From: an uncultured bacterium
GTDB taxonomy: Bacteria; Krumholzibacteriota; Krumholzibacteriia; LZORAL124-64-63
Length of the DNA: 64,000 bases
Direction: 5' to 3'
NCBI GenBank assembly: GCA_963732385.1
Contig: CAVSZB010000003.1
Location: 384,001-448,000 of the forward strand
The notes under the pieces are model-generated. The model was not told where the DNA came from and ran no database searches. It saw only the letters and a program-made list of their open reading frames with translations. Shown piece by piece: positions 1-17,290 of the stretch. Both the position numbers and the translations under genes were made by a program. How positions within the stretch are numbered: position 1 is the stretch's first letter; each line of letters begins with the position of its first letter.

Positions 1-1
1 T

Positions 2-1315
2 CTAGTCGTCCATCACCATGGTCAGCGGCTGGAGCAGCGCCTCGCAGATCCAGCGCAGGAAGCGGGCGCCGTCCGCGCCGTCGATGACGCGGTGGTCGTA
101 GCTGAGCGCCAGCGGCAGCAGCAGCCGTGGCGCGAACGCGCCGTCGCGCCAGACCGGCGCGAGCGTGGCGCGCGATACGCCGAGGATCGCCACCTGCGGC
201 GGGTAGACGATCGGGCTGAACGCGGTGCCGCCGATGCCGCCCAGGTTGGAGATCGTGAAACAGCCCCCCTCGAGGTCGGCGGGGTTGATGCGGCGGGTGC
301 GCGCACTGGCCGACAGGGCCGCCAGCTCCGCGGCGATTGCCACGATCCCCTTGCGGTCGGCGTCCCGCACGACCGGCACCAGCAGGCCGTGCTCGGTGTC
401 GACGGCCACGCCAATGTGGGCGTAGTCCTTGCGGACGATTTCGCGCCGGGCGGCGTCGAGGCTGGTGTTGAGGCGGGGGAAGGCGCGCAGCGCGGCGGCG
501 CAGACCCGCACGAGGATCGCGGTCAATGTCAGGTGGGACGCGGGGTGACGGGTGGCGAATTCCTTGCGAAATGTCTCCAGCTCGGTGATGTCGGCCTGGT
601 CGAACTGCGTCACCTGCGGGACCGTGGCCCAGGCGAACGACATCGTTTCGGCGGTCACCTCGCGCACGCGAGAGAGAGGCTCGCGCGTGGTTGGTCCCCA
701 TTGCGCGAAGTCGGGCAGCGGGCGGGCGGCGGCCAGCACCCAGCCGTGGGCGGGGCAGGGCGGTCCGGGACAGGCGGCGGCGCCCTCGATCAGGCCGCGC
801 GCGCGCGCCTTCACGTCGTCTTCGCTGATGCGGCCGGACGGGCCGCTGCCGGCGACGGTGTCGATCGCCACGCCGAGTTCGCGGGCGAGGCGTCGAACGG
901 ACGGCGAGGCGGGAGCGGGGGCGTTGTCGGGCGGGGAGCCGTCGTCCCGGTCGGGCGCTGGCGCGGCGGCGCGCGAGGGGGCGGCAAGGGGCGGGGTGGT
1001 CGGCTGTGCCGCGGGGGGTGCGGCCGCTACGGCTGGTGAGACGGGCGCTGACGGGGGCGCGTCCGGTGTCGCCACGTCTGAGGTCTCGAGCCGCGCGATG
1101 AGGGCGCCGATGGCGATGGTCTCGCCCGCCGTCACGCTGATCTCGGTGATCCGGCCCGCCAGCGGCGAGGGGATCTCCACCACCGCCTTGTCGGTCTCGA
1201 GTTCGATGAGCGCCTGTTCGGCCGCGATCGTGTCGCCGGGGGCGACGAGCACGCTCACCACCTTGCCCTGCTTGACGTTCTCCGACACCGATGGCACGCG
1301 CACTTCCGTGATCAT
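2..1315 (-). CDS. aceF: Dihydrolipoamide acetyltransferase (PDH E2)
   Basis: Lipoyl motif ETDKA, E3-binding motif ASPSVRRLARELG, catalytic DHRVIDG; AAGGAG RBS; directly downstream of aceE. Confidence 0.93.
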   Translation of the reverse strand: MITEVRVPSVSENVKQGKVVSVLVAPGDTIAAEQALIELETDKAVVEIPSPLAGRITEISVTAGETIAIGALIARLETSDVATPDAPPSAPVSPAVAAAPPAAQPTTPPLAAPSRAAAPAPDRDDGSPPDNAPAPASPSVRRLARELGVAIDTVAGSGPSGRISEDDVKARARGLIEGAAACPGPPCPAHGWVLAAARPLPDFAQWGPTTREPLSRVREVTAETMSFAWATVPQVTQFDQADITELETFRKEFATRHPASHLTLTAILVRVCAAALRAFPRLNTSLDAARREIVRKDYAHIGVAVDTEHGLLVPVVRDADRKGIVAIAAELAALSASARTRRINPADLEGGCFTISNLGGIGGTAFSPIVYPPQVAILGVSRATLAPVWRDGAFAPRLLLPLALSYDHRVIDGADGARFLRWICEALLQPLTMVMDD

Positions 1316-1341
1316 CGTCCCTCTCCTTGCGGCCGCGGCGT

Positions 1342-4095
<2,754 letters not shown>

Positions 4096-4160
4096 GGCGG
4101 TGATCTCCCTGGCGCGGGGCGGTTGGGGGGAGGATGAGGCGCAAATCCCCTCGCTGAAAC

Positions 4161-4188
4161 ACTCTAGCGCCACGCGGCGGCCTGTCAA
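4161..4188 (-). promoter_or_regulatory. Sigma70-like promoter of aceEF
   Basis: TTGACA-N16-TAGAGT on the minus strand upstream of ATG 4095. Confidence 0.6.
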
Positions 4189-4206
4189 CCGCCGCCCCCT
4201 TTTCGC

Positions 4207-4233
4207 TCAATGTCGCCAGCCAGGAGTCGATAT
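4207..4233 (+). promoter_or_regulatory. Sigma28 (FliA/WhiG)-like promoter
   Basis: TCAA-N15-GTCGATAT upstream of the hybrid kinase. Confidence 0.55.
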
Positions 4234-4325
4234 CAATCCGGAGCGCCGGGAGACGGCGCGCTAATGCCTCGCCCACGCGTGTCTGGCCAGCCCGCGGTGC
4301 ATCAGGATTGTACTGACGCCGGAGT

Positions 4326-7595
<3,270 letters not shown>

Positions 7596-7753
7596 GCGGC
7601 GACGCCTGCGGTCCGTCCCGGCCGCAGTTTCCGGCGTCTGAGATCGGATGATTGACGTTGGTTCATGAACGCGAGAGGGGTTATCATCACCCCCACCCCC
7701 GCCGCGGCACTTTTCCCGCGGCGGCCACGCTCGCCTTGCGCGGGGAGGAACCG

Positions 7754-8227
7754 ATGGGCCGCGTCTCGCTTCGTCGACTCGTTCTGCTGGTTATCCTGCT
7801 GGTGGTCGTGGGGATCCAGTTCTTCCCGACCAGCCTCGACCGTGTGCCGGCCGATCCTTTCCAGGCGCTCGAGGCGACCCTGCAGCCCGGACCCGAAGTG
7901 GCCGGCATGTTGCGCCGCGCCTGCAACGACTGCCACGGGATCGCGCGCGCGTGGCCGTGGTACGCCAGCGTGGCGCCCGCCTCGTGGCTGGTCGCCCATG
8001 ACGTGAGCGAGGCGAAGGAGCAGGCGGATTTCGCGCACTGGGCCCAGTATTCCCCGCACACCCAGGCCAGGCTGCTCGAGAAGATGTGCGAGGAGGTGCA
8101 GAAGGGGGAGATGCCGCTCAGGCAGTACCTCTGGATGCACCGCGAAGCGGGGCTCTCGCCGGCCGAGGGGCAGCTCTTCTGCGCCTGGACCGACCGCGAG
8201 CGGGCGAAGCTGGACGGCGGGCGCTAG
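7754..8227 (+). CDS. Haem-binding domain protein (cytochrome c-like)
   Basis: N-terminal TM, CNDCH haem motif, PWYASVAPASW, EMP..YLWMH; GAGGA RBS. Confidence 0.8.
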   Translation: MGRVSLRRLVLLVILLVVVGIQFFPTSLDRVPADPFQALEATLQPGPEVAGMLRRACNDCHGIARAWPWYASVAPASWLVAHDVSEAKEQADFAHWAQYSPHTQARLLEKMCEEVQKGEMPLRQYLWMHREAGLSPAEGQLFCAWTDRERAKLDGGR

Positions 8228-8243
8228 CGTCCGTGCCCGGCGC

Positions 8244-9287
8244 TCAGCGCGGCGCCTCCCGCAGGATCTCCGCCAGCAGCGCGCGGCCCGCGGCCGTGTC
8301 GGGGATCAGGCCCGGCTTGACGAGACGCCGGGTCAGCTCCACCCAGTTGCGATCCGTCGTGAACACCTCCCGGAAGATCGGCAGCGCGCGCTCCGCGTGG
8401 CCGTTGACGGCCAGCGTGACCGCGTGCCAGTAGCGCACCTCGAGGTTGCCCGGCAGCAGCGAGTCGGCCGCGGCGTAGTGCGCCAAGGCCGCCGCGAGAT
8501 CGCCCCGCTCGATCGCAGCATCGCCGGAGTTCATGCGGCCATAGGCCCGCCATACGCTGACCAGACGCCGCAGTTCCGGCAGCGGCGCCGCGCTGTCCTC
8601 CACCCGCAGATCGAGCAGGCGGTCATCGGACGGGCGTCCGGTGGCTGTGCCGGCCACGACCAGGATCGCGGCTGATTGCACGCCGCGGATGTCGCCCCCC
8701 GCGCCCTGGGCTGCTTCAAGCGCGCGCAGCAGGCGCTCCGGCAGATCGGCGCCCGCGGCGAGCGCCGCCGCGTAGGCGGCGGACATTGCCGGCACCACCC
8801 CGTCCGCCAGCATCATGTTCGCCTGCACGCTCCAGCCGCGACCGGTTTGATGGCCGGCCGCCTCGATGCAGCGGGCGCCGGTGTGCGTGCCCACGCCGCC
8901 GCGCGCGTCCACGAACGCCACCTGCCGCACGTCCTGCGCCGGATCGGCGGCCAGCAGGGCCTGCAGCGCCGCCGGGGCGTCGAGCCCGGAGCGCATCAGC
9001 GCCAGGCCGCGGGGGCCGTAGGCCGGTTCCGCGAACGACTGCGTGGCGACGGCGCCGACCCCCGCCTCGGCCCAGGTCACCACCGAACCGACGCTGAACC
9101 AGTGTGACTGCACGGCGACGCCGAGCTGTCCGGTCACCGAGTCGCGGGCCACGATGGAGAAGGTGTGCACGGGGCGCTCCACCGCCGCGGCCGGCGGGCA
9201 GAGCGCGAGCGTGAGCGCGAGCGCGAGCGCGAGCGCGGGCAGGCTCCGACGGACGAACGGGCGTGGTCGGGCGTGATCGGCGGACAT
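8244..9287 (-). CDS. DUF1028 family (Ntn-hydrolase-like) secreted protein with TPR-like C-terminus
   Basis: HTFSIVARD..TGQLGVAVQS, GAVATQS, GGDIRGVQSAA, DLRVED; signal peptide; GAGGAG RBS. Confidence 0.85.
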   Translation of the reverse strand: MSADHARPRPFVRRSLPALALALALTLALCPPAAAVERPVHTFSIVARDSVTGQLGVAVQSHWFSVGSVVTWAEAGVGAVATQSFAEPAYGPRGLALMRSGLDAPAALQALLAADPAQDVRQVAFVDARGGVGTHTGARCIEAAGHQTGRGWSVQANMMLADGVVPAMSAAYAAALAAGADLPERLLRALEAAQGAGGDIRGVQSAAILVVAGTATGRPSDDRLLDLRVEDSAAPLPELRRLVSVWRAYGRMNSGDAAIERGDLAAALAHYAAADSLLPGNLEVRYWHAVTLAVNGHAERALPIFREVFTTDRNWVELTRRLVKPGLIPDTAAGRALLAEILREAPR

Positions 9288-9344
9288 GGCTCCTCCTCGC
9301 GGTGGGTTTGCCGCCACCGTGATAGGGCTACGGCCGGCCGGCTG

Positions 9345-11180
9345 TCAATGGGCGCTCAGCAGGGGCTCCGTCGAGGCGTCGGCACGCTCCGGCGCGGCGT
9401 TCGTCAGCGCCGCGGCCAGGGCCCGGTTGAGGGTCTCGGGCTGGATCGGCTTGCTCACGTAGCCGTCCATGCCGGCGGCGAGGCAGCGCTCGCGGTCCGT
9501 GGCCATGGCGTGGGCGGTCAGGGCGATGATCGGCACGTGGCCGCCGCGCGCGGTCTCCTCCGCGCGGATGGCGCGTGCCGCCTCGAATCCGTCCATGCCG
9601 GGCATCTGGATGTCCATCAGCAGCGCGTCGAAACGGTGGCCGCGCCAGGCCGCCAGCGCGGCTGCGCCATTCTCGACCAGCGTGACCCGATGCCCGAGTC
9701 GTTGCAGCAGGGCGTTGATGTACTTGCGGTTGATCGCATTGTCCTCCGCCACCAGCAGGTGTTGTCCCGCGGATGCGGCGGGGATCGCGGCGACAGGATC
9801 GGCAACGGACCCGGAGTCCGTCGTCAGGCGGTCGGCCACTCCCAGCCTGGCCGTAAAATGGAAGATGCTGCCGCCCGTCGGCCCCTCGTCCATCCAGAGC
9901 CGTCCCCCCATCATGTCCACCAGGCGCGCGCTGATCGTCAGCCCCAGGCCGGTGCCGCCGAACTGCCGGGTCGTGGCGCCGTCAGCCTGCGTGAACGCCT
10001 GGAAGATCGCTTCGCGGCGTTCGGGCGCGACGCCGATGCCGGTGTCGCTCACCTCCACGTGGAGGACGATGTCCGTTCCGTCGGTGTATTCGCGGCGGAT
10101 CCTCAGCGCGATCTCGCCCTGCGGAGTGAACTTGATGGCGTTGCCGACCAGATTCATCACGACCTGCCGGAAGCGGGTCGGATCGCCCACCACCACGGCA
10201 GGCACCTCGGGTTCGAAATGGCAGGTCACCGCCAGATCGCGCCCGCGCGCGGCGTGCGCAAGCAGCTGCACGGTCGGCGCCAGCAGCGCCCGCGGCGCGA
10301 ACGGCTCCGGCCTCAGCTCGAGCCTGCCCGCCTCGATCTTGGAGAAGTCGAGCACGTCTTCGATGACCGCCAGCAGCGAACGGCCCGACTCCTGCGCCAG
10401 TTCGAGGTACTCCTGCTGCTCGGACGACAGGGGGGTGGCCAGCGTCAGATCCACCATGCCCAGGGCGCCGTTCAGGGGGGTGCGGATTTCGTGGCTCATG
10501 TTCGCCACGAACTCGCTCTTGGCCCGGCTGGCGTTCTCGGCGGCCAGGCGCGCGGCTTCGAGTTCGGTCGAACGGAGACGCAACAGTTCACGCGACTGGA
10601 TCAGGGTCCGGTACTGATGGTTGAGGACCACGGCCAGCCGCAACAGATACAGCATGTCGACGGCCAGGATGAAGGCCAGCATGGCGCCGCTGCGTCCGCC
10701 GGTCACCAGGCCGGCCACGGCGGGAGGAATCAGGATGACCGCGATGTACAGACGGGTCAGGCCGAGGCTTGCGCTGAGCGTGGCCACGCCGCCGGCGGCG
10801 ATTCCCGCGGTCATGACGATCGAATACAGGACCAGGCCGGTGGCTCTGAACTCGAGGACATGCCGGGTGACGAACCCGCTCCAGACGGCCGCCATCGCCA
10901 GCACGTGCGCGCCGAAGGCGAAAAACCAGGCGCCGGGCGCGCGGTCGTAGAGGCGGTCGAAGCCGTGGGCCAGCCAGAAACGCCCGCCCGCGAGCACGAT
11001 CAGGGTGAGGCCGCAGGCGATCGTCCAGCCGGCGTGATGATGGAAGCAGTCCCCCCCGACCGCCATGATCGCGATCGAGATCGGATACCAGACCACGCCC
11101 GGCAGGCTGTTCCGCGCCAGATGCCTGTGCGCCACCCGGCGCAGAATGGTTGTGGAATGCGGGCACTCGTCCAGCGGCAA
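9345..11180 (-). CDS. Membrane hybrid sensor histidine kinase (HisKA, HATPase, REC)
   Basis: Multiple TMs, FVANMSHEIRTPLNG, GGTGLGL, LMDIQMP; TTG start with GGAGG RBS. Confidence 0.9.
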   Translation of the reverse strand: MPLDECPHSTTILRRVAHRHLARNSLPGVVWYPISIAIMAVGGDCFHHHAGWTIACGLTLIVLAGGRFWLAHGFDRLYDRAPGAWFFAFGAHVLAMAAVWSGFVTRHVLEFRATGLVLYSIVMTAGIAAGGVATLSASLGLTRLYIAVILIPPAVAGLVTGGRSGAMLAFILAVDMLYLLRLAVVLNHQYRTLIQSRELLRLRSTELEAARLAAENASRAKSEFVANMSHEIRTPLNGALGMVDLTLATPLSSEQQEYLELAQESGRSLLAVIEDVLDFSKIEAGRLELRPEPFAPRALLAPTVQLLAHAARGRDLAVTCHFEPEVPAVVVGDPTRFRQVVMNLVGNAIKFTPQGEIALRIRREYTDGTDIVLHVEVSDTGIGVAPERREAIFQAFTQADGATTRQFGGTGLGLTISARLVDMMGGRLWMDEGPTGGSIFHFTARLGVADRLTTDSGSVADPVAAIPAASAGQHLLVAEDNAINRKYINALLQRLGHRVTLVENGAAALAAWRGHRFDALLMDIQMPGMDGFEAARAIRAEETARGGHVPIIALTAHAMATDRERCLAAGMDGYVSKPIQPETLNRALAAALTNAAPERADASTEPLLSAH

Positions 11181-11221
11181 TGCCGGCGCCTCCCGGGTCG
11201 ATGATTCTCCGATTTTGAAGT

Positions 11222-11248
11222 GTATCGACAGAGCCCCGGGAGGTTTTA
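11222..11248 (-). promoter_or_regulatory. Sigma28-like promoter
   Basis: TAAA-N15-GTCGATAC upstream of the kinase start at 11180. Confidence 0.6.
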
Positions 11249-11300
11249 GGCAATTATGATGATCGTATTCAATGACCGGCCGGCGCGGCCGCCCGCCTCC

Positions 11301-11882
11301 TCAGCCGGCCATCCGCTTCGCCACCATGTCCCAGTCGACGAGATTCCAGAAGGCCTCCACGTACTTCGGCCGGGCGTTGCGGTAGTCGATGTAGTAGGCG
11401 TGCTCCCAGACGTCGCAGGTCAGGAGGGGGCGGTTGCTGGTCGTGAGCGGCGTGGCGGCATTGCTGGTGCTGGCCAGTTCGAGCTTGCCGGCAGGCGTCA
11501 GGACGAGCCAGGCCCAGCCCGACCCGAACGTGCCGACCGCCGTCTTCGTGAACTGCTCCCTGAACGCGGCGAACGAGCCGAATGTCTGCGCGATCGCGTC
11601 GGCCAGGGCGCCCTGCGGCTCGCCGCCGCCACGCGGGGCGAGGCTGTGCCAGTAGAACGTGTGATTCCAGATCTGGGCCGCGTTGTTGAAGAGAGGGCCG
11701 GAGGCGCGGCGCACGATTTCCTCGAGCGGCAGGTGCTCGAACTCCGTGCCCGGGATCAGTCCGTTGAGATTGGTGACGTAGGTGGCGTGGTGCTTGCCGT
11801 GGTGGAACCCGAGCGTCTCGGCGGAAAGATGCGGGGCGAGGGCACCCACGTCGTAGGGCAGGGACGGCAGCTGGTGCGTCAT
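11301..11882 (-). CDS. sodB: Fe superoxide dismutase
   Basis: [33 protein letters not shown]. Confidence 0.95.
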   Translation of the reverse strand: MTHQLPSLPYDVGALAPHLSAETLGFHHGKHHATYVTNLNGLIPGTEFEHLPLEEIVRRASGPLFNNAAQIWNHTFYWHSLAPRGGGEPQGALADAIAQTFGSFAAFREQFTKTAVGTFGSGWAWLVLTPAGKLELASTSNAATPLTTSNRPLLTCDVWEHAYYIDYRNARPKYVEAFWNLVDWDMVAKRMAG

Positions 11883-11991
11883 GATATACCTCCTGCTATG
11901 GTCCGGACGCTGGCGCAGTCAGGATAGGCCTCGCGGCGGCGCCCTGACAACATGCATTCGGCGGGACGGGGCCGCCACTCGGGGGGTGGTG

Positions 11992-12018
11992 GCAACCGAA
12001 ACGGTCGGCGGGGCGTAA
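11992..12018 (+). promoter_or_regulatory. ECF sigma factor-like promoter
   Basis: GCAACC-N16-CGTAA upstream of ATG 12050. Confidence 0.4.
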
Positions 12019-12049
12019 CACAGGATTCCGGGTCGGCGAAAGGATTGTC

Positions 12050-13429
12050 ATGAAGCATCATCTCGCCACGTTCGCCCTGTTCACGCTGCTCTGCCTCCCC
12101 GGCGCCGTCGCGGGGACCGCGGAACCGGCGGTTGCCGTGCGCAGCGGTGCGCTGCGTCTCGAGAAGCCGCGCGCCGGGGAGTTGCTGGCCGCTCCGTTCG
12201 CGATCGACTCGCCGGTGGAGGTGGCCATCGAGGCGGTCGGCTGCGTGCCGAAGCTGAGCGACGACTACCTCGCCACGGCCTGGATTCTCGACGCCGGCAC
12301 GCGTCGCGCGGTCTGGTCGCTCGATGCCCGCGAGCGCGACCTCGCTCCTGACGACCGCTTTCTGCGCGTGGCGAGCGAGCGCCTGCGTCTGGCGCCCGGG
12401 CGTTACGTCCTCTACCTGTTCGGCGGGACGCAGTGGCGCCACGAAGCGCCATTTCGCAGCTTCAGCAATGTCCTCAACGACATTGCCGACCTGATCAACC
12501 GCGACAATCCGGGCCAGGATCCGCAGCCGTATCTCGACCGCTGTTTCGTCGCCGTGTCGCCTGCGCCCGGGGCGCCGGCGGACGCGCTCGCTCCGTTGCC
12601 CGCGACCGCCGGCGCGACCGCGCCGGGCGACCCCTCGGCCGGCGCCCTGCTTGATCTGTCCCGCGCCTCCGGCGACACGGTGCTGGCGCGCGCCTTCCGG
12701 CTCGCCCGCCCGACGACGCTGCGCCTGCGCGCCTACGCCGAGGCGGCCCGCGACTCGACGCGTCTGCACGACTGGGCCTGGATCGAGGACGCGGCCACCG
12801 GAGCGCCGGCCTGGCTGCTGGACGGATCAGCCACGCGTCGGGCCGGCGGCGCCCGCAAGAATCGCCTCTTCGAGGGGGAAGTGCGCCTGCCGGCCGGCGA
12901 CTACGTGGCGCGCTTCGTCACCGACGACACGCATGCCTGGGGCGCCTGGAACGCCGCCCCGCCCGTCGACCCCGACGCCTGGGGCCTGGCCCTCTTCCCC
13001 GGCGCCGGCTGCGTCCCCGGCGACCTGCAGCCGCTCGCGCTCGACGCGGTGCGCCGCAGTCCCGGCCGGCTCGCCGTGCTCACCATGGCCCGCGACGACG
13101 AAGACCGTCGCCAGGAGTTCACGCTGGTCAAGCCGGCCCGGGTCCACATCGAAGCGCTGCTCGAAGGCCCTGGCGACAGCATGTCCGACCGGGCCTGGAT
13201 CGCCGAATCCGCCACCGGACGCAAGGTCTGGACGCTCGACTACGATGTCACCAAGCCGGCCGGCGGCGCCGCCAAGAACCGCAGCTTCACCGGCGAGATC
13301 GACCTGCCCGCCGGCCGCTTCACCGCGCACGTGCGCTGTGACGGCAGCCACGCCTTCGGCGCCTGGAACGCCGATCCGCCGCCCGAGCCGTGGCGTTGGG
13401 GCATGATGGTTACGGTGGCGGGGCGGTAG
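12050..13429 (+). CDS. Secreted hypothetical protein with internally repeated Trp-rich domain
   Basis: Signal peptide; repeats AWI..A.T....W / AGGA.KNR / L.AG.Y / D..HA.GAWNA.PP..P..WG. Confidence 0.8.
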   Translation: MKHHLATFALFTLLCLPGAVAGTAEPAVAVRSGALRLEKPRAGELLAAPFAIDSPVEVAIEAVGCVPKLSDDYLATAWILDAGTRRAVWSLDARERDLAPDDRFLRVASERLRLAPGRYVLYLFGGTQWRHEAPFRSFSNVLNDIADLINRDNPGQDPQPYLDRCFVAVSPAPGAPADALAPLPATAGATAPGDPSAGALLDLSRASGDTVLARAFRLARPTTLRLRAYAEAARDSTRLHDWAWIEDAATGAPAWLLDGSATRRAGGARKNRLFEGEVRLPAGDYVARFVTDDTHAWGAWNAAPPVDPDAWGLALFPGAGCVPGDLQPLALDAVRRSPGRLAVLTMARDDEDRRQEFTLVKPARVHIEALLEGPGDSMSDRAWIAESATGRKVWTLDYDVTKPAGGAAKNRSFTGEIDLPAGRFTAHVRCDGSHAFGAWNADPPPEPWRWGMMVTVAGR

Positions 13430-13450
13430 GCGTAGGCGGGGCGACAGACG

Positions 13451-13482
13451 CGGCGGCCGCCTCCGGATGGAGGCGGCCGCCG
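13451..13482. terminator. Hairpin between convergent genes, possibly a bidirectional terminator
   Basis: Perfect 14-bp stem CGGCGGCCGCCTCC-GGAT-GGAGGCGGCCGCCG. Confidence 0.65.
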
Positions 13483-13511
13483 GTGTTTCCTGGCGCGCCG
13501 GGTCGCGTCGT

Positions 13512-16244
<2,733 letters not shown>

Positions 16245-16365
16245 GGCTCGGTGCACCTCGTGATTCGGGGGAGGGATGGACGGACGGGATCATGATCCAC
16301 CCGCGGGCCTGCCGGGCGAAACGCTTTTTACGCGTTTGAAGGGGCGTGGGTTGCGGAGAAAGCGT

Positions 16366-16394
16366 CCGCGGGGCGGGAGAGAGGCGCCCCGCGG
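16366..16394 (-). terminator. Hairpin downstream of the 16401-17045 gene
   Basis: 10-bp stem CCGCGGGGCG / CGCCCCGCGG; weak U-tract. Confidence 0.4.
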
Positions 16395-16400
16395 CGTCGG

Positions 16401-17045
16401 TCAGGCAGCCACGGAAACCGGCGTTTCGGTCGGGAATTCCGCGGACGGGCGCTCCGGCGTCGGCTCCGGTGCGGGGACCGTGACCGGCTCCGGCGTCGCC
16501 GTCTCCTCTCCGATCAGCATGCCGAGCCGGTCGGCCAGCTTTGCCAGCGCCTGCTGCACGTCGTCGAGCAGCGCCGCCGGGTCGAAATCGTCGCCCCGGC
16601 CCGCAGCGTGGAAGGCGGTCCTGAGGTCGTCGCGGAACGCCTTGGCCGTGTCACGCAATTCTTCGCGCACGGCGGGGTCGAGGTCGGGGTTGTTCCGGAT
16701 GATCGCCTGCAGTTCGTGCCGCACCTCCCGGCTGATCTGGCGCAGCAACTGCGAAACGTGCGGACGGCCGAAACGCTCGCCCGCGGCCCGGTCGACCTCT
16801 CGGTCCGGCGCGCCGACCGTGGCGGGGGTGGTGGCGCTGCCGCTGTTCAGGACGAGGCTCACCTGGAGCGAGGCGGACCACTGCCAGGATGCGCTGAAGG
16901 AGAGCGTGGCGCCGGTCGGGCTGTCCGGGGTGGAAACTGTGGCCGCGATGCCCGTCGCCGCGGCGGTCGAGGGGGCTGTCCTGGCGGCGATGCCAGACGT
17001 CCCCGGGGACGGGGAATGGACGTTATTGACATGATCGAGTCGCAT
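16401..17045 (-). CDS. Hypothetical protein (low-complexity N-terminus, helical core)
   Basis: GGAGG RBS before ATG 17045; sigma28-like promoter upstream; hairpin downstream. Confidence 0.65.
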   Translation of the reverse strand: MRLDHVNNVHSPSPGTSGIAARTAPSTAAATGIAATVSTPDSPTGATLSFSASWQWSASLQVSLVLNSGSATTPATVGAPDREVDRAAGERFGRPHVSQLLRQISREVRHELQAIIRNNPDLDPAVREELRDTAKAFRDDLRTAFHAAGRGDDFDPAALLDDVQQALAKLADRLGMLIGEETATPEPVTVPAPEPTPERPSAEFPTETPVSVAA

Positions 17046-17111
17046 GCCGACCTCCCTGTCGGAAATGAGGCGCGGTTTCTGCAAACGCGCCGCGCGGATC
17101 CATCGCTCGTC

Positions 17112-17138
17112 TTATCGGTCGCCGGAGGAAGGGCTTGA
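17112..17138 (-). promoter_or_regulatory. Sigma28-like promoter
   Basis: TCAA-N15-ACCGATAA. Confidence 0.6.
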
Positions 17139-17290
17139 GGGGGGCGCCAGGCCCTTCCGCGCCACGTCCGCTGAAACATCTTGTCCTGGCCGGTGGGGCG
17201 GGATAAGGATGAGGTCCATCCTGATCCCCAATGACGACGTACAGCCTGGGTTGACAACGCGACCTCGTCCTCGTCCCAAGGAGGAGAAGC

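Noticed and set aside
4096..4188. N-terminal extension of aceE from TTG 4188
   Set aside because: That TTG is part of the -35 TTGACA box; ATG 4095 has an RBS.
9200..9237. GAGCGC hexamer tandem repeat
   Set aside because: In-frame Leu-Ala repeat in a signal peptide; not a CRISPR or frameshifting tract.
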